Shown here: piece after piece, positions 33,417-47,792 of the stretch
How the letters are laid out: each line of letters begins with the position of its first letter
How positions within the stretch are numbered: the stretch's first letter is position 1
DNA from: Octopus bimaculoides
Lineage: Eukaryota
Reading direction: 5' to 3'
DNA: 64,000 nucleotides
Assembly (NCBI RefSeq): GCF_001194135.2
Contig: NC_068985.1
Coordinates: 16,158,473-16,222,472, forward strand
Position numbers and translations under genes: made by a program
The notes under the pieces: generated by a model
Database searches by the model: none
The model's input: only the letters and a program-made list of their open reading frames with translations
What the model was told of the DNA's origin: nothing

Positions 33417-36400
33417 CCAAAAAAACTGACAAAGTAGGAACCATCTTTTTCTTTGGAAAAAAGGAATAGAAATAAGGTTTATTCAACAATTCTCATCAGA
33501 AATGCTGTTAACCTGAGTAGGGAGGAATGGAAAATAAAATATATATATATATACATATATATATAAAGAGAGAGAGAGGGGGGAGAGTGGTGTTCAATTG
33601 AAAAAAATAAAAAGTAAAACGAAACAAATTGTATTAAAATGTGACTATAATGCAATTTCTCATTTTAGTTCATGAAGCTTTTTCTCTACCACTTCTCCTC
33701 CTCCTCTTCCTCCTCCCTTACACACATTAGACAAGCCTACATACTTTTGTTATTGTTGTTTTGCTCTTTTGCTGATAAAACATACCAACAAAGTTTTAAA
33801 ACAAAATCCTGTTATGATTAGAGTAGTTGCTAGGGAAGAAGCCAACAGCAAACATCTGATGAGATGCAGTAATGTAGTAGCATATTGAAACTATGTTTAA
33901 ATGGCTGGGATCAGTAAAACAAAAAAAAGTATTAATAATAATAATAATGATAATTAATAAACAAATAAAATATTCACATTTATCATAAACATTGAAAAAA
34001 AGAAAAGAAAAACTGAAACAAAAGCTAAAATATCTATTGAAGGCTTTATAAATAGTTCCAGCCATGTGAGGGTGTTTTTCAAGATGAACTTCAAGAAGTT
34101 TGTTACACTAGCGACTGATTCTTTCTGCTACTGGTTTATTTTATCATAGATTTCTTTTTATTAATTTACAAATGGAAATTAAAATAAACAATTATAAATA
34201 TACACAAGGGGAAACTCACATTGGTAATAATGATCTAACTTAGGCACAAGGCCACACAATTGGGGAGCGGGTATAGTCAAAAATGTCAAACCAGTACTCC
34301 ACTTGTTCTTTCTCATCTGCCCCGGAAAAAATGTAGGACAAACTAGACCCCAGTGGGATTTGAACTCAGTGATCATAATAATAATAATAATAATAATAAT
34401 GTCTGATTATTAGAAAAAGTAAAATACCAGGAAAAATAGTTTAATATATGCAAATTGATATACTTATATCTTCGAAAAAAATATTTATTAAAAGAAAAAA
34501 GAAGATATGATCTATAGAATCTCAAAAGAAGAAAATTTAAAACAATAAAACAGAAAATTTCAAATTTATCTCAACCAAATTTTATGACATTTATTTTAGT
34601 GCTTCACATAATTCAACACACACACATACACACACACACAGAGTTTTATTATCTTATGACTCATGATAGTTCTACGGCTATATGGATATGTGAAGCAATA
34701 AAATCCATGTAATAAGTATTGGTTTTTCAACTAAAATAACAGAAATATGTTAGTGTAAATTTCTAGACAAATGTCTTTATGTCCATATAGTATTAGAATG
34801 AAATACTTTCTTAGTATTCCTGCATAACAAATCACGAGAAATCTTAGATTAAATAATAAAAGAAACGATAATGAAAAATATAAACAAAGATTTTTTGTTA
34901 AAGTTCAAAAAAGCAAAAATTTATGACATAATGATGTTTTTGTTTTTTTCTCTTTTTCAATCACGAATGAAAAGTGGAAGAGAGAAAGGGGAGTAGTGAA
35001 AAACAAAAATTTAAACTGCTACATAGTTTTCCATGAAATATCTATACACTTCAAATTCAACTAAGAACTTACTCTCATCTTGACATTTATTTAATGAAGA
35101 GTTTGGCAGATAAAAAGAGGGTGAAAGAGTCCATTGGAATTGAAAGCAAAAAATAATAATCATAATTGTAAAAATAGACGTATGCAAATGAGAACTTACA
35201 ATGAGATGAAAAATAATGAAAATATCATATGCATGGCTTATTTATTTCATGTGTTTTTTTGGAGGTTTTTTTTTTCAGTTGAAAAGTTTACAATTAGCTG
35301 TATTATTGAATAATTTCTCTGTACAAAGTTTGATTGGGAAACAAAGAAAATAAAAATAACTATATCTGTATGTCCATTTTGTTTCTAACAATAACAGCTG
35401 ATTCAAGCACCCTCTTTCTACCCACACAAAGCAGCAGCAGTAACATAAGCAAGCAGTTGATAAACTCACAGCCAAATTGTACACATAAATGAGGAGCATT
35501 GATTGGACGGGTATTGGGGGATAAAAGTTGTAGGGGGTATCAGGTTAACAAAATTATATAGAATCGGGAAGGAAATTAGAAATAAACTTGTAATGTTCAC
35601 ATAATACTAAGTTTTTTGTTTGCTTTATGATTATATTTCAGTTTTTCCACATTTCACAAAAGCAATAATGACCATGTCTCTATTTCACCAGCAAACATAG
35701 CAAATTCTTTCTACAAACAATGCCAAAATATATGGCCTTATTTTCTAAAAATTCACTCAAATCAAGTGTGGCATTAACTACTTTTAGTCAGCAGTGTCGA
35801 TTGATACAAAAACAAACACTAAATACTGACATTATGGTTACTTATATCAAGACAAAATAAAACTAAATAATAAAATATATCCAAATTAGGAATATAGTCT
35901 TGATTTTAAAGTTAACCAGAATTAAAATAGTTTAGTTACACATGAAGGAAGGTGAGCAAGAAATTATATATATATATATATATCTAAAATATAGACAATA
36001 TTTCAGATATTCAAAATAGAAAGTTAAATGAAGATCATGAAAGTAATGAAAAGAAATATTTGCACATAGCTTGGATCTTGAACATGGCAATCAATAAGCA
36101 GTTTCTCTTTAATCCTACTAAAACAGAATTCTGCATAGTTATTTATAGTGCAGCTTTCAAACAAAGACTTATATTTAATAGGGGGAAAAAATAGAACTAA
36201 GAAGCTACTCATTAGAATAAAGTATAATGAAATTTTCAATTCAATGTCCAATGAATTAAAATCATTAGAAGAAAAAATTCAAATGACAATTATATACTGC
36301 TTCTCAGAATTATAATAGATGGCCAAAGATGCATGACTGACAGACAGGTAGGCTGGAATATACTATAAACCAATTTAAAGAACAAAATTATTTACTATAT

Positions 36401-38699
36401 AGTTGTTGTAAGTTATTTTTGTATCTATCAGAATTAAAACAGTTAAATGAATAATTATTATATCACAGTCAGAAACTGAAGATATCCTTTTTTTTTTTTT
36501 TTTGTGAATATATTAATTTGAAATATAGAATGAATCGTACACTCAGCCATGTGCAAAAACGAACTATTAGCAATCCTTCATTTTACTTTATATGTTTAAA
36601 AGCTTTTTAAAAATAGCCTATAATAAATCTTAATACTTAAAATTGAGAAATAATACATCAATATCCTATATGTATATATACATTAGTTACATATTGTTTA
36701 AGCAGTCTCATTATAGTATATCTACCAAAAAATATACATCATTAACACAAACAACGTACTTTGTCTCTTTAAAATCTGTTTTAAATACTTGATTTTAAAT
36801 TGATTTATTTTGGTTTGGTGTCGGTTAATCATAAAAACATGAACAAAAAATTATTCATCAAAGTAACATTTTCTCAAACAATTTATCAAATTATAGCAAA
36901 TATTGGCAATATGGAAAATAGATTGAAAAAGATAAAAAAAGGTTATATTGGTACATTTTTTAAAAAATTATTTTTAATATCAAAATGTTATACTGTGCAT
37001 GTATATGTATGTCATGTTTATGTTTACAGTCTGAAAACTGGGTAGTAGTGTATGTTAATAACCTTCATCAAGGCCAATGCACAATTTCAGTTAATTGAAT
37101 CATTTGAAAGGATCCTAATGTTATTACAGTACAAAGCAATTAGCAGTTGAACAAAATCATAAACATGTGTTATAATGTCACACATTAGGGCAGCAATTGT
37201 ACAGAAATAGTCAATTATATTAGTGCATTCTTGAAATGATTCAGTGAGCTTTTAAAATTCAGTCAAGAATCCTGATATTTTTTAATGCTTCGATCAAATG
37301 TTTCTTTTTAAAAAGAAATTATCTAAATATTTGCTATAATTCAATTGGTTGGAGTAATTATTAATTCGATTAACTGTTTTTTGGTCATCTACATTCAATA
37401 AATTCTAGTTCAATCAACTGTTCGCATAACCATTTATTTCTGTATTACAAAATGAGTGGTGTTTTAGTAACTGAATTTTATATAGGCATTTGCAATAAAT
37501 AACTAATTGCAATCCTACAATCCACCTTACATGTTCACAGGTTTAACAGCTGAATTTGAATGTAAATGGAAGAATTGAGAAATAAAGAAATAATCAAGAT
37601 GGAAATCCAGTTCAAAGATCCAACAAGCTGCACTGACCAAAGATGTGTCCCAAAATGACACCATAAGAATATTAAATGCAATGAAATCATTTACACACTC
37701 TTATAATTAAGATTTTTGACATGGGCACAAGGCCACAAATTTCAAAAGAGAGTTGGATGTATAGATGAACAAGCCATATTTTACTAAATATTCTGTAATT
37801 TCTATCATTTAATGCATTTTTTAAAAATAATTTAGTTAGAAAATATGCTGCATAAAAAGGAAAATAAAATGCTTGCTGATCAAACTAATTACTTTAAAAA
37901 GAAAAACTGAATTATTAAAAACCCAACATAATCTATAGATGCCTTAACATTTCTAACCAACTATTCAAAAGTACTCTTTTATTGTGAAATATGTTATAGG
38001 CACTTTCTTCCTTTTTCTGACAAAGAATATTGTTACTATATATATATATAGTGTGTGTGTGTGTGTATGTGTGTAAATGGTAATGAAATACAACTATGCT
38101 GATGTTGTTTAGCCCTAAGTTGATCTTGATCATACAGACATATGGTCAAACACATTCCATTCACAGCCAAATGAATATTTAGGACTACATTATCGAATGT
38201 ATTCTTCCTTTATTTAACATGATAGTGTGAGCTTTGAGAGAGATTTGGCTGTTATCAACCAGGGAATCCTCTGTTGATTCCTAATAAATCTAATGAGTAG
38301 AAACTGCATTTGTTTGTTTTCCTGTAGAACTGTAAGATATTTGCTATTATTTGCAAGTAGGAAACTAATTACTAAGGTATAGTAATGCCTTGTATATCTG
38401 TCATCACGTAGACAACTTCTGAATAAATTGAAAGAAGTTGTAAATATATACACTCACTAGTCTAAATGACTGCAAGTACCACACAGTGTTAAATAGAAAA
38501 AAAATTGTCTTTGTGTACGTAGTGTAATTCAATTATTTTGTAATGATGTTTAAATCAAATATATAAATTTCATTTTTTTTTAAATGACAGAAATGTTTAA
38601 TGCAGAAAGAAAAAAAAAAGGTACATAGAAAGTGAAAAATAAAAACAGAGTAAAGGAAGATAACCTTCCAATATCTCAAAAAAAAAAAGATTTTCAAAG

Positions 38700-40250
38700 A
38701 ATACTGAAATAGGAGAAAGTTATGTTAGAAAATTGAAAGAAAAAATGGTTTTGGTACAGATCAACTATAAAACCTGGACTAATTTATCTTACTGCCAAGC
38801 TTTTTCAATCCCAAGATTGGAGAGAAAAGGAATGCAGCATTGGCAATGCAAAATAAAATACTAGAAGTTTTCACCATGAAGGCTGAGATAAAGTTTCTCA
38901 TTTGAAAATAATTTTTATGAAATGTAAAGCTGGAAACCTAAACTATAATAACTTAGCTGAATGTAATTTGTTCATAACAGGAAAGCATCATTACAAGAAG
39001 CATTAAGAACATGGTATCTAAATCAAAGAACTTCAAAAGTTATAAACAAGATTCCATGTTATGAATATACTAGATTACTGAAGTAAAGAAAAAACAGAAA
39101 GGAGAAATTTAAATTAATATAATGGAAGAATTGAGACTAATTAGACAGAAGACAGGGGCTAAACTCAAGGAATACAGTGAATGAGGAAGTTCAGTATGTA
39201 CAATGAAGGAATCTGAATGAAGAAACCATGCAATATGTCACGTGGACCTTGCACAAAAGATACATATACACATACATACATATACACACACTCATGTAGT
39301 TATGCAGAAGTTCAGGCTGTTTACTTTGGCAAGGAAGCAATAAGACTGAATGTCTTTGTGATTAACAGCAGAGATCAAGAAACTACTGAAGTGAAACACT
39401 AACTAACATTGGATGTGTACATCTAATGAGGTAGCAAACATATTATATGTAATCCACTTTACAGAATCATGAAATATATTGAGGGAGGAGTGAAATCAAT
39501 TTCTCTGGGAGACAGAGTTATGTTGATGGATTTTCTCACATGACTGTAGAGGAATAAGGAAGTCGTATCAGTAGAAGCAAAGAAAGATGGAATATTTCCA
39601 GAAATGAAAGCATGACTGTATTTTGAAAACTGCCCAGAAGATAGTATTGAAGGGACAGTGAAACATCCAAGGTATAGCTGTTAGACTCTATGTAATAATC
39701 TAATAGAAATTTCTATAAATGAATGAAATTGCTAGAAAACAGTAATCTGAATTATCTGTTCATTTACAAGACAAAACACGAAGAAGGAAGAAAAGAATTT
39801 AAAGAAATGATAAACTTGTAAACGGAATCATGTCCAGACATGTTATGCCTGTCAATGGAAGCATTCCTGTTGAAATGTCATTTGAATAGAGTTTCACACA
39901 GAGAGAGTGTTTTCCTCATTAGTTCATATTCACTAAAACATGTCATTACATAAAAAGAAATTTTAGCTGAAGATTAAAATGGGTCTTGGGGCAATTTTGA
40001 AGAAGTTACTTCATCTAATGTGGTCAAGGAAACAAGAATTATCAAATGCAGTGGTAGAAATGAGAAATTAATAAACATGTAAAATAGACTTGAGAACTCC
40101 CTTTATGATAGAAAGGTGTATATATGGGAAAACCTTGGAAGTATAAGCCAGAAGATAAGGAGTTCTATATATATCATTCATGGTTACTGAGAAATCCAAG
40201 TGAGCAGACAGACCTGACAAAACTTCAATTCCAGAAAATATTCCAAAGTG
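38700..40250 (+). mobile_element. Very old, decayed LINE-like sequence
   Basis: A-rich plus strand with fragments resembling GFxxxRST (ggttttggtacagatcaact) and YxDD-like SYVDGF; many stops. Confidence 0.3.
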
Positions 40251-42459
40251 TAGAAAACACTCTGAAAATAGAAGACTAACTAATGTTATTCACATCAACA
40301 CTTTATAAATGAACAAAATCATTTTTTTTTTACTCCACTTTCTGAATTATATTATACTCAAAAGAAATAATTAGCTGTTTGATGTGTAACAATATAACAA
40401 GCATGTAAAATATTAGAAGGTTATTGATTTTCATCAATTGGTGATAGGAAATTCTCAGTACACAGGCAAGTAATAAGACATTACTTTATGAATCATTGAA
40501 ACAAATCAAAAGTTGTTAGATTTTAAATTTTCTTGTAATCATCCAACTATAAACAGTGCATAAGATTGTTTTAGACCTACTAATAGTTTTTTTAAAGAAC
40601 ATCTGTTGGTAATTATTGATAATTATCATTAAAAAAAAGTAAGAAGAAATGTAAGAATATTTAATTGATGTCAATGTTTTAATACAATTCAGCACTATAC
40701 TTTAAACCAAGAATTAAATGCTATACATATTAAAAACTGCAAATATATTATAAAAATTTAACCATAAGGAATTGAAGTCTATGTCTTTGTAAGCAATATT
40801 TTTTCTTGTCTATTTATTATTTTCTTTTCTTTAAATTCAATACTAATTCCTTAGAGAATGTCTAAACTTCATTTACAACCTTGGCATCAGTAAGTCAATG
40901 AGGCCAGCTTCATTTATTAGCAATATGCTAAGGTGTACACAACCACATATCTGAAGTTACTTGCAATAGTAACTTGGTTAAAAGACCCAAGAGCTGAGAA
41001 AAGACTACACAAACTATTTCTATAGACTGGATATTTGGTACCACACAAAAATATATAGTTCGGTTACATTACTGTTTCCATAATTCATTAAAAAAATGTA
41101 AAATATTTGTTGCTATTTTATACTAGTTCATATTTGTCTTACTTAGCACACAAATGTTGTTCAGCTTTGTAGGAACAGCAAGAGAAAAAATTAAAACAAG
41201 ACAAATTGCTTAATGCCATCATATATATTTAGAAGATACTAAAACAGTCCTTTGTTGTTTTGTTATTAGAGAAACACTATTGAATTACCAAGTTTCAGAT
41301 CAATGGTGATGTTTATTTACAAAGCTATGTGCAATAATTCATTACTTACATTAATTCAAACATGTTTGAACAATAACATAGTGAAGAAAAAAAAATTGTC
41401 CATTATGCTACAACATTGTGTGGGCAACACCTTTTGGAATTAAAAAAATACAAAATTGACAAACATGACTGGAAAATTATTAAATAGTTTGTAAAATTAG
41501 TGATAATTCAACATAAGGCTTAATTTGTTTATATTCATTTTATTCCAAGGCTGAAACAAGATTGTTTGCTCACAGAAACATAACCACAATGTGTTTGCAT
41601 GTATGGGCTTACTTGTTTGATGTATATATATTTGCGTGTACTCATTGTTAAACAGAAAGAGTAGACTAGTACACGGACTGTCTTCACCCAAGGAAAGCTA
41701 CTAAAAACACCTGGCCAGCAGGTGGAATAAAAGTTTAAAGTAGCTAATGGCAAAGGATAAGGGAACTCTTCTGATAAACTTGAGTCAAGATCATGCCAGG
41801 TGATGCTGCAATATTTCAACAGTATACAGGGTCCAACATGTAAAATTTAATATTTCGACAATGAACAGTTTGTTTTTGTTTTTTTGTTTTTTTGTTTTCA
41901 GAAAATTTTCTTTCATATGTTATAATTGACAACCAGTTCATACATGTAAGTGTACATGTATGGCAAATAGTGTGTAAGATTTAAATAACTGCCATTCAGG
42001 CATCAAATACAAAACAAATTAGTTAAAATGTCCAATATAAAATGGGAATTTGAAAAGTTGTATGTGTGGTGGACTGCATCTAATGTTAAGGTAGATTGTC
42101 AGTAAATTGAGAAAAGAGGTGTGGGCAACAATCAAAGTAGCATCACCAGAAATGACAAATGGTGTTTAGAAAACAAACTCATTGACAATAATAAAAATAA
42201 CAACTGCACAATGTGGAAGTGAGGGGGGTGCTGACAACCTTTCAAATAAATAGTTCATATATTTTTGGTATGTTTTATAATTGTTTTTTTTTTTAGTTGT
42301 TTTCATTTTTTTTTTGTTGGTTTGTTGTTTCAGTTTTTTTTTTCTCCATAGTCTTTCCAAATTGGTTTTGCTTTCCCAGCAAAGACATCAGTGGGATATT
42401 TGTTGGCTAAATGTGTCAGGATTTAATAATAGGAGAGAATCAGATATTTTTTTTAAATC

Positions 42460-42715
42460 CATATACACACACACACACACACATATATATGTATGTGCAC
42501 ATCTGTATGCATATATACATACATACATACACACACACACATGTATTTATACACACACAAATAGCTCTACATATATATGCACATGTATTTATATATATAT
42601 ATATAACATACATTAATACATATATGTTACATACAGATACATATATGCATACAAACATATACAAATACAAACATGCATATGTGTGGGTGTGTATGCACAC
42701 ACATACATACATCTC

Positions 42716-42771
<56 letters not shown>

Positions 42772-42790
42772 TGTGTGTGTGTGTGTGTGT
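42460..42790. repeat. (CA)/(TA)/(GT) compound microsatellite directly 3' of the HSPBP1 stop
   Basis: Direct reading. Confidence 0.95.
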
Positions 42791-42811
42791 ATGGTGAAGT
42801 GCACAGTCAGA

Positions 42812-42910
42812 TTACCTTCCTGCACTTGATGCACAACCAACAGGACTGCTACTGTTACTACCACTTGAACCTAACATCTGCAATATATTTTTCGTGTACT
42901 GAAGCTCTTC
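42812..42910 (-). CDS. HSPBP1: HSPBP1 last coding exon (or penultimate if the donor at 42815 is used)
   Basis: Acceptor caattttattgcag|, phase 0. Encodes EELQYTKNILQMLGSSGSNSSSPVGCASSAGR*, comparable to human EELEFCEKLLQTCFSSPADDSMDR*. AGG TAA overlaps AG|GTAATC. Confidence 0.85.
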   Translation of the reverse strand, partial: EELQYTKNILQMLGSSGSNSSSPVGCASSAGR

Positions 42911-43864
42911 CTGCAATAAAATTGATATTCAAATATTAAGAGTTGTTAAATAACCATGTCTAATAAAGAGAAATTACATAATAATTGGATAGAATATTTG
43001 TATAGATTATATCATCACAATCATCGTTTAATGTCTACTTTTCCATACTTAAATGAATCAGACAGAATTTATTGAGACAGATTATTTTTGTGACCAGACG
43101 CCTTTCCTGTCACTGACCCTCACCTGTTTTCAAGCAAGATAATATTTCCCCGTAGCAGGTCATGTTTTTCGTGGAAGAGTAGAAATAAACTAGAAATAAA
43201 CAGCCTCGCTTCTATGACAAAGAGGTTCATTAATAACACCACACATACACACAAATAAAGGGCCTCTTTAAGTTTCTGCCTACCAAATCCACTCACAAGG
43301 TTTAAGTCAACCCAGGGCTTTAATAGAAGATAGTTGCCCAAGGTGCCATGCAGTGGGACTGAACCCAAGACCACATGGTTGGGAAGCAAGCTTCTTAACT
43401 GCACAGCCAAACCTGTGCTTATACACACATACATACTTATGATGTATATACATATATAAATATATATATATACATGTATATATATATATATATCATCATC
43501 ATCATCATCATTTAACGTCCATTGTCCATGCTGGCATGGGTTGGACAGTTTGACCACACGTACACTTTCTATGCTGCCATGTGTTGTGCCAGTTCATCAT
43601 GGTCTGGATCATTTTTTCTTATTGGGCACTGCCATGTCCATGTATTGATGCTTGCACATGTTGTTTGGCTTGCTTTCTATGACTGATGCACCAACATTAG
43701 AGATTGAATAAAAGGACCTCAGAGCCCTATGCATTCACAGCTCAGTTTGTTAACACAAACACATGAAATCATGACAGGAAGGGCATCTATCCACAGAAAC
43801 ATACAAACAAAGAAGGAAAAGCAAGACTTGTACTCTATCAGCAATACCAATGTCTCTAAGCAAA

Positions 43865-44217
43865 AGTGGCATATAAAAAGCACTATTTGAGTGCGATCGT
43901 TTCCAGCTTCGCCTTACTGGCACTTGTGCTGGTGGCATGTGAACAAAACATTGGACTGACTCATGTGCAGGTGACATGTAAAAAGCACCATTTGAGCGTG
44001 GCTGTTGCCAGTACCGCCGGACTGGCCCTCGTGCTGGTGGCACGTAAAAAGCACCCACTACACTGTCGGAGTGGTTGGCGTTAGGAAGGGCATCCAGCTG
44101 TAGAAACTCTGCCAGATCAGATTGGAGTCTGGTGTAGCCATCTGGTTCGCCAGTCCCCAGTCAAATCGTCTAACCCATGCTAGCATGGAAAGCGGACGTT
44201 AAATGATGATGATGATC
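43865..44217 (+). mobile_element. SINE family D in HSPBP1 intron
   Basis: Same body and tail as 28452-28920. Confidence 0.85.
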
Positions 44218-44344
44218 TAACTGTACTGAAAATATGCTCGGAGCAACTGGGATAACAAGAAGAACTCATATGAAAAGATTTACAACACCTAATGTAAACA
44301 TGGAAAAATGGCCAACAGATTGAATGCAGACAGGATGTACTCAC

Positions 44345-44472
44345 TCTAAATTCATCTCTTCCATGTAGAGATTTAAGTTTTTCTTGTAAGATTTCAATAA
44401 ATTCCAGCTGTGGTTGTTTACAGTCTTCAAGAGAACGTGGATGATCAGTAAGAATAGCTAACAAACATGCCA
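44345..44472 (-). CDS. HSPBP1: HSPBP1 coding exon, 5' part hidden in N-gap 44473-44762
   Basis: Encodes ACLLAILTDHPRSLEDCKQPQLEFIEILQEKLKSLHGRDEFR, then donor |gtgagt. Aligns to human ALCSLVTDFPQGVRECREPELGLEELL. About 28 codons are expected inside the gap. Confidence 0.85.
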
Positions 44473-45973
44473 NNNNNNNNNNNNNNNNNNNNNNNNNNNN
44501 NNNNNNNNNNNNNNNNNNNNNNNNNNNNNNNNNNNNNNNNNNNNNNNNNNNNNNNNNNNNNNNNNNNNNNNNNNNNNNNNNNNNNNNNNNNNNNNNNNNN
44601 NNNNNNNNNNNNNNNNNNNNNNNNNNNNNNNNNNNNNNNNNNNNNNNNNNNNNNNNNNNNNNNNNNNNNNNNNNNNNNNNNNNNNNNNNNNNNNNNNNNN
44701 NNNNNNNNNNNNNNNNNNNNNNNNNNNNNNNNNNNNNNNNNNNNNNNNNNNNNNNNNNNNNNGCAAGTGAAATATTCTATAGAGGCACATAAAAAGCACC
44801 ATCTGAACGTGGCCAATGCCAGTGCCGCCTTGACTGGCTTCCGTGCCGCCAGTGGCATGTAAAAAGCACCATCTGATCGTGGTCAATGCCAGCTCCTCTG
44901 GCCCCTGTGCTGGTGGCACGTAAAAGACACCCACTACACTCTCAGAGTGTTTGGCGTTAGGAAGGGCATCCAGCTGTAGAAACACTGCCAGAACAGATTG
45001 AAGCCTGATGCAACCTCCTGGCTTCCCAGAGCCCAGTCGAACCGTCCAACCCATGCCAGCATGGAAAACCGACGATGATGATGATGATGAATAATTACAT
45101 AGATATACAAAAAACACCCCCAGCTAATATTAGTTTGATATTAGATAATCCAAGGGAATTAACTCAGTAATACACCGAGTCAACTAACAAAACGTTATGT
45201 ATCGGTTTCTGGAAAGCAATATAGATATGGTCTATTACAGATTGAGAGCTTAGCTTCCTATCAATCAGAAGTGATAGAATTCACTTCATAATGCAAAAAG
45301 ACATTAGATGCAGTTCATTACAATCATGAATATAAAATACAATACTTGTGAATGTAGTTGTTCTAATTTTGCTTTTGTAATAATTTCCAATAAAATTTTC
45401 ATAGAATGCAACAATAATTTTTATTTGAAAAACTCTTTAATTTTACAAGTACATGTATTTAGTTATTTTTATTACTTAAATCTGTTTTAGGATTTACATC
45501 ACAGAAACTTAAAATCCACACAGTTAAAATTAAAAAGGCCCATTCCACAAAGATCATGGTAGGCAGCAGACGTAATAATCTGGTCCAGAAGTTGGAATTG
45601 CAACCTCATGGTTCTAGGTTTGAACCACAGAATCTTGAGTACAGCTTGGAGTTGGACTCAGGAGTATGGAATTAGGTAAATGGAAACCGTGTAGAAGACT
45701 GTCATATATGTATGCAATAACCTTCACTGATGTACAAGATCATAAAAACAGAAATACTGGTCATAGACTCTTGCTTCTCACTCTCAGTCATGTAGTAATT
45801 AATGTAGTAATTAATCTAATGGAAACTTGTAACTAGCAACTTTACTGTTCATCAATTTTGATACGAAATTTTTAAAACCTAAGAAATTTATGCAAAAAAA
45901 AAAAATCTAAACATAATACAACAATTAAAAAAATCACCTCTAAAATTGGAATACTATAATCCATAAAACCTAC

Positions 45974-46129
45974 CTTTCACTGCAGGCTTTTGGTTAACAA
46001 TATTCCGCAACAAGAAAGCAGATTTTATTTTGAGCTTTTCAACATCAGCTTGCATAGCTCTCATCAAGTAAGAGAACCCATCTCTTTTGATAAAATTATC
46101 TTGTGCTGATGGTTCTTCTCGGCATAAAC
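45974..46129 (-). CDS. HSPBP1: HSPBP1 coding exon
   Basis: Acceptor tatctacaacag| and donor |gtaggt. Encodes (C)LCREEPSAQDNFIKRDGFSYLMRAMQADVEKLKIKSAFLLRNIVNQKPAVK, close to human DGFSVLMRAMQQQVQKLKVKSAFLL. 156 nt, phase 1 to 1. Confidence 0.95.
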
Positions 46130-46877
46130 CTGTTGTAGATAAGAGGAAACCATTCAATAGCAATGCATTTTTTTTTATACATATATATATATTTTTTATT
46201 TAGAGTTATGATGCTTCAATCTCTCTCTTTCTTGCTGTATGTACATACACACACACACACACACACAAACTGTCATCTCTTTTAATTGAATAAATGCACA
46301 AGAGCAGTGACAGTCAATAGTAAGATTGGTAGAGAATCAGACAAAATAACTTGTGGCATTTAGTTAAATTTTTTAATGTTCTGAGTTCAAATCCTATTGT
46401 GATACATGTTGAATGTAAACCTCTCAAGACTGACAACATATATACTGGGGTGAGTGTAAATGACTATACTCTAGAAAATGATGCCCCAGCACAGTTATAG
46501 TACAAGGACTTAAATTAAGAAAAAAGTGCACTGGCTACATGATGAAGAAATTCACTTTGCCAATGTGGTTTGAAATTCAGTTCCATTGTCGAGTACCTTC
46601 AGCGAGTGATTTCTATTTAACTTCAAGCTGATGAACGACATGTGAGTGAATTTGGTGGATGGAGACTGTAGGAAGCTTGTCATACATGTATATGTATGAA
46701 CAAGCTAATTTTTGATTAACAGTATTACCATATCTCTGTAGAGTTAACCTTGAGAGACATAGCTCCAATCGATCTAACACATTTAATAACAAATTAATGA
46801 TGGCAATATAGCTTGAACACAGCTTAGATACAAGACTTAGAATAATTAAACTGTTCCACAAAACTAATGTCATCTTT

Positions 46878-47108
46878 TTGAGCATGGCCGTTGCCAGTAC
46901 CGTGTGACTGGCCCTCGTGCCGGTGGCATGTAAAAACATTCACTACACTCTCGGAGTGGTTGGCGTTAGGAAGGGCATCCAGCTGTAGAAACTCTACCAG
47001 ATCAGATTGGAGCCTGGTGCAGCCTGCTGGCTTGCCAGTCGTCAGTCAAATCGTTCAACCCATGCTAGCATGGAAAGCAGACGTTAAACGACGATGATGA
47101 TGACGATG
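46878..47108 (+). mobile_element. SINE family D in HSPBP1 intron
   Basis: 3' half with (GAT)n tail. Confidence 0.85.
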
Positions 47109-47570
47109 AATACATTAAATGTGTTAATTATATCTCAACTATTGTTGTTTTATGTGGATGGTGTCCCTGAGCAATTTATTTCACTAACGTATATTATAAC
47201 TACCTTAAATATAATAACACTAACTTTATTTAATACTCTTTATTAAGTCCACAGAGCAGATAAACTGCTAAATAAGATAAGCTAGAGCAATATAAGTGTG
47301 AAATATGTCTCCAAGAGAAGCTTTAACAGATCACTCAGACTATACAAGTTGTAGCAAAGTATTTCCTTGAAGGATTAAAAAACACATTGGACAAGCTGAT
47401 AGCAGTTGGAACACCTTTGGTTATTTGATAAAGATTGAATTAGGGTAAAAGAACAATACATTTTAAGTAGTGACAGCCTCTATTTGGCAGATAAATGGGC
47501 AACTTTAAAAACATATCAACTCGTTTGAGCTGTTCCAACATTTTATAATGTAAGAAAAGAAGCCTCTTAC

Positions 47571-47792
47571 ATGAAATAGCATGCAATGCCTTGATACGGA
47601 CACTGGTAGTAGAATCATTGTCCAATACATCCATCATTGTGTTGAGTAACTCAGAATCTAATACTGCCTTCTGACAGAATGGGTTATTTTGAACAAGGGC
47701 TGCAATAAGGTCGAGTGTCCTCCAGCGTAATTCTGAATTAGGATCATGAAGAAGACTGGGCAGGATCTCAAAACCTCCAATTTTAAAGAAAT
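47571..47792 (-). CDS. HSPBP1: HSPBP1 coding exon (armadillo-like repeats)
   Basis: Acceptor tctttattctag| and donor |gtaaga. Encodes DFFKIGGFEILPSLLHDPNSELRWRTLDLIAALVQNNPFCQKAVLD...VRIKALHAIS, with the hallmark QNNPxCQ and VRxKALxAISC motifs. 222 nt, phase 1 to 1. Confidence 0.95.
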
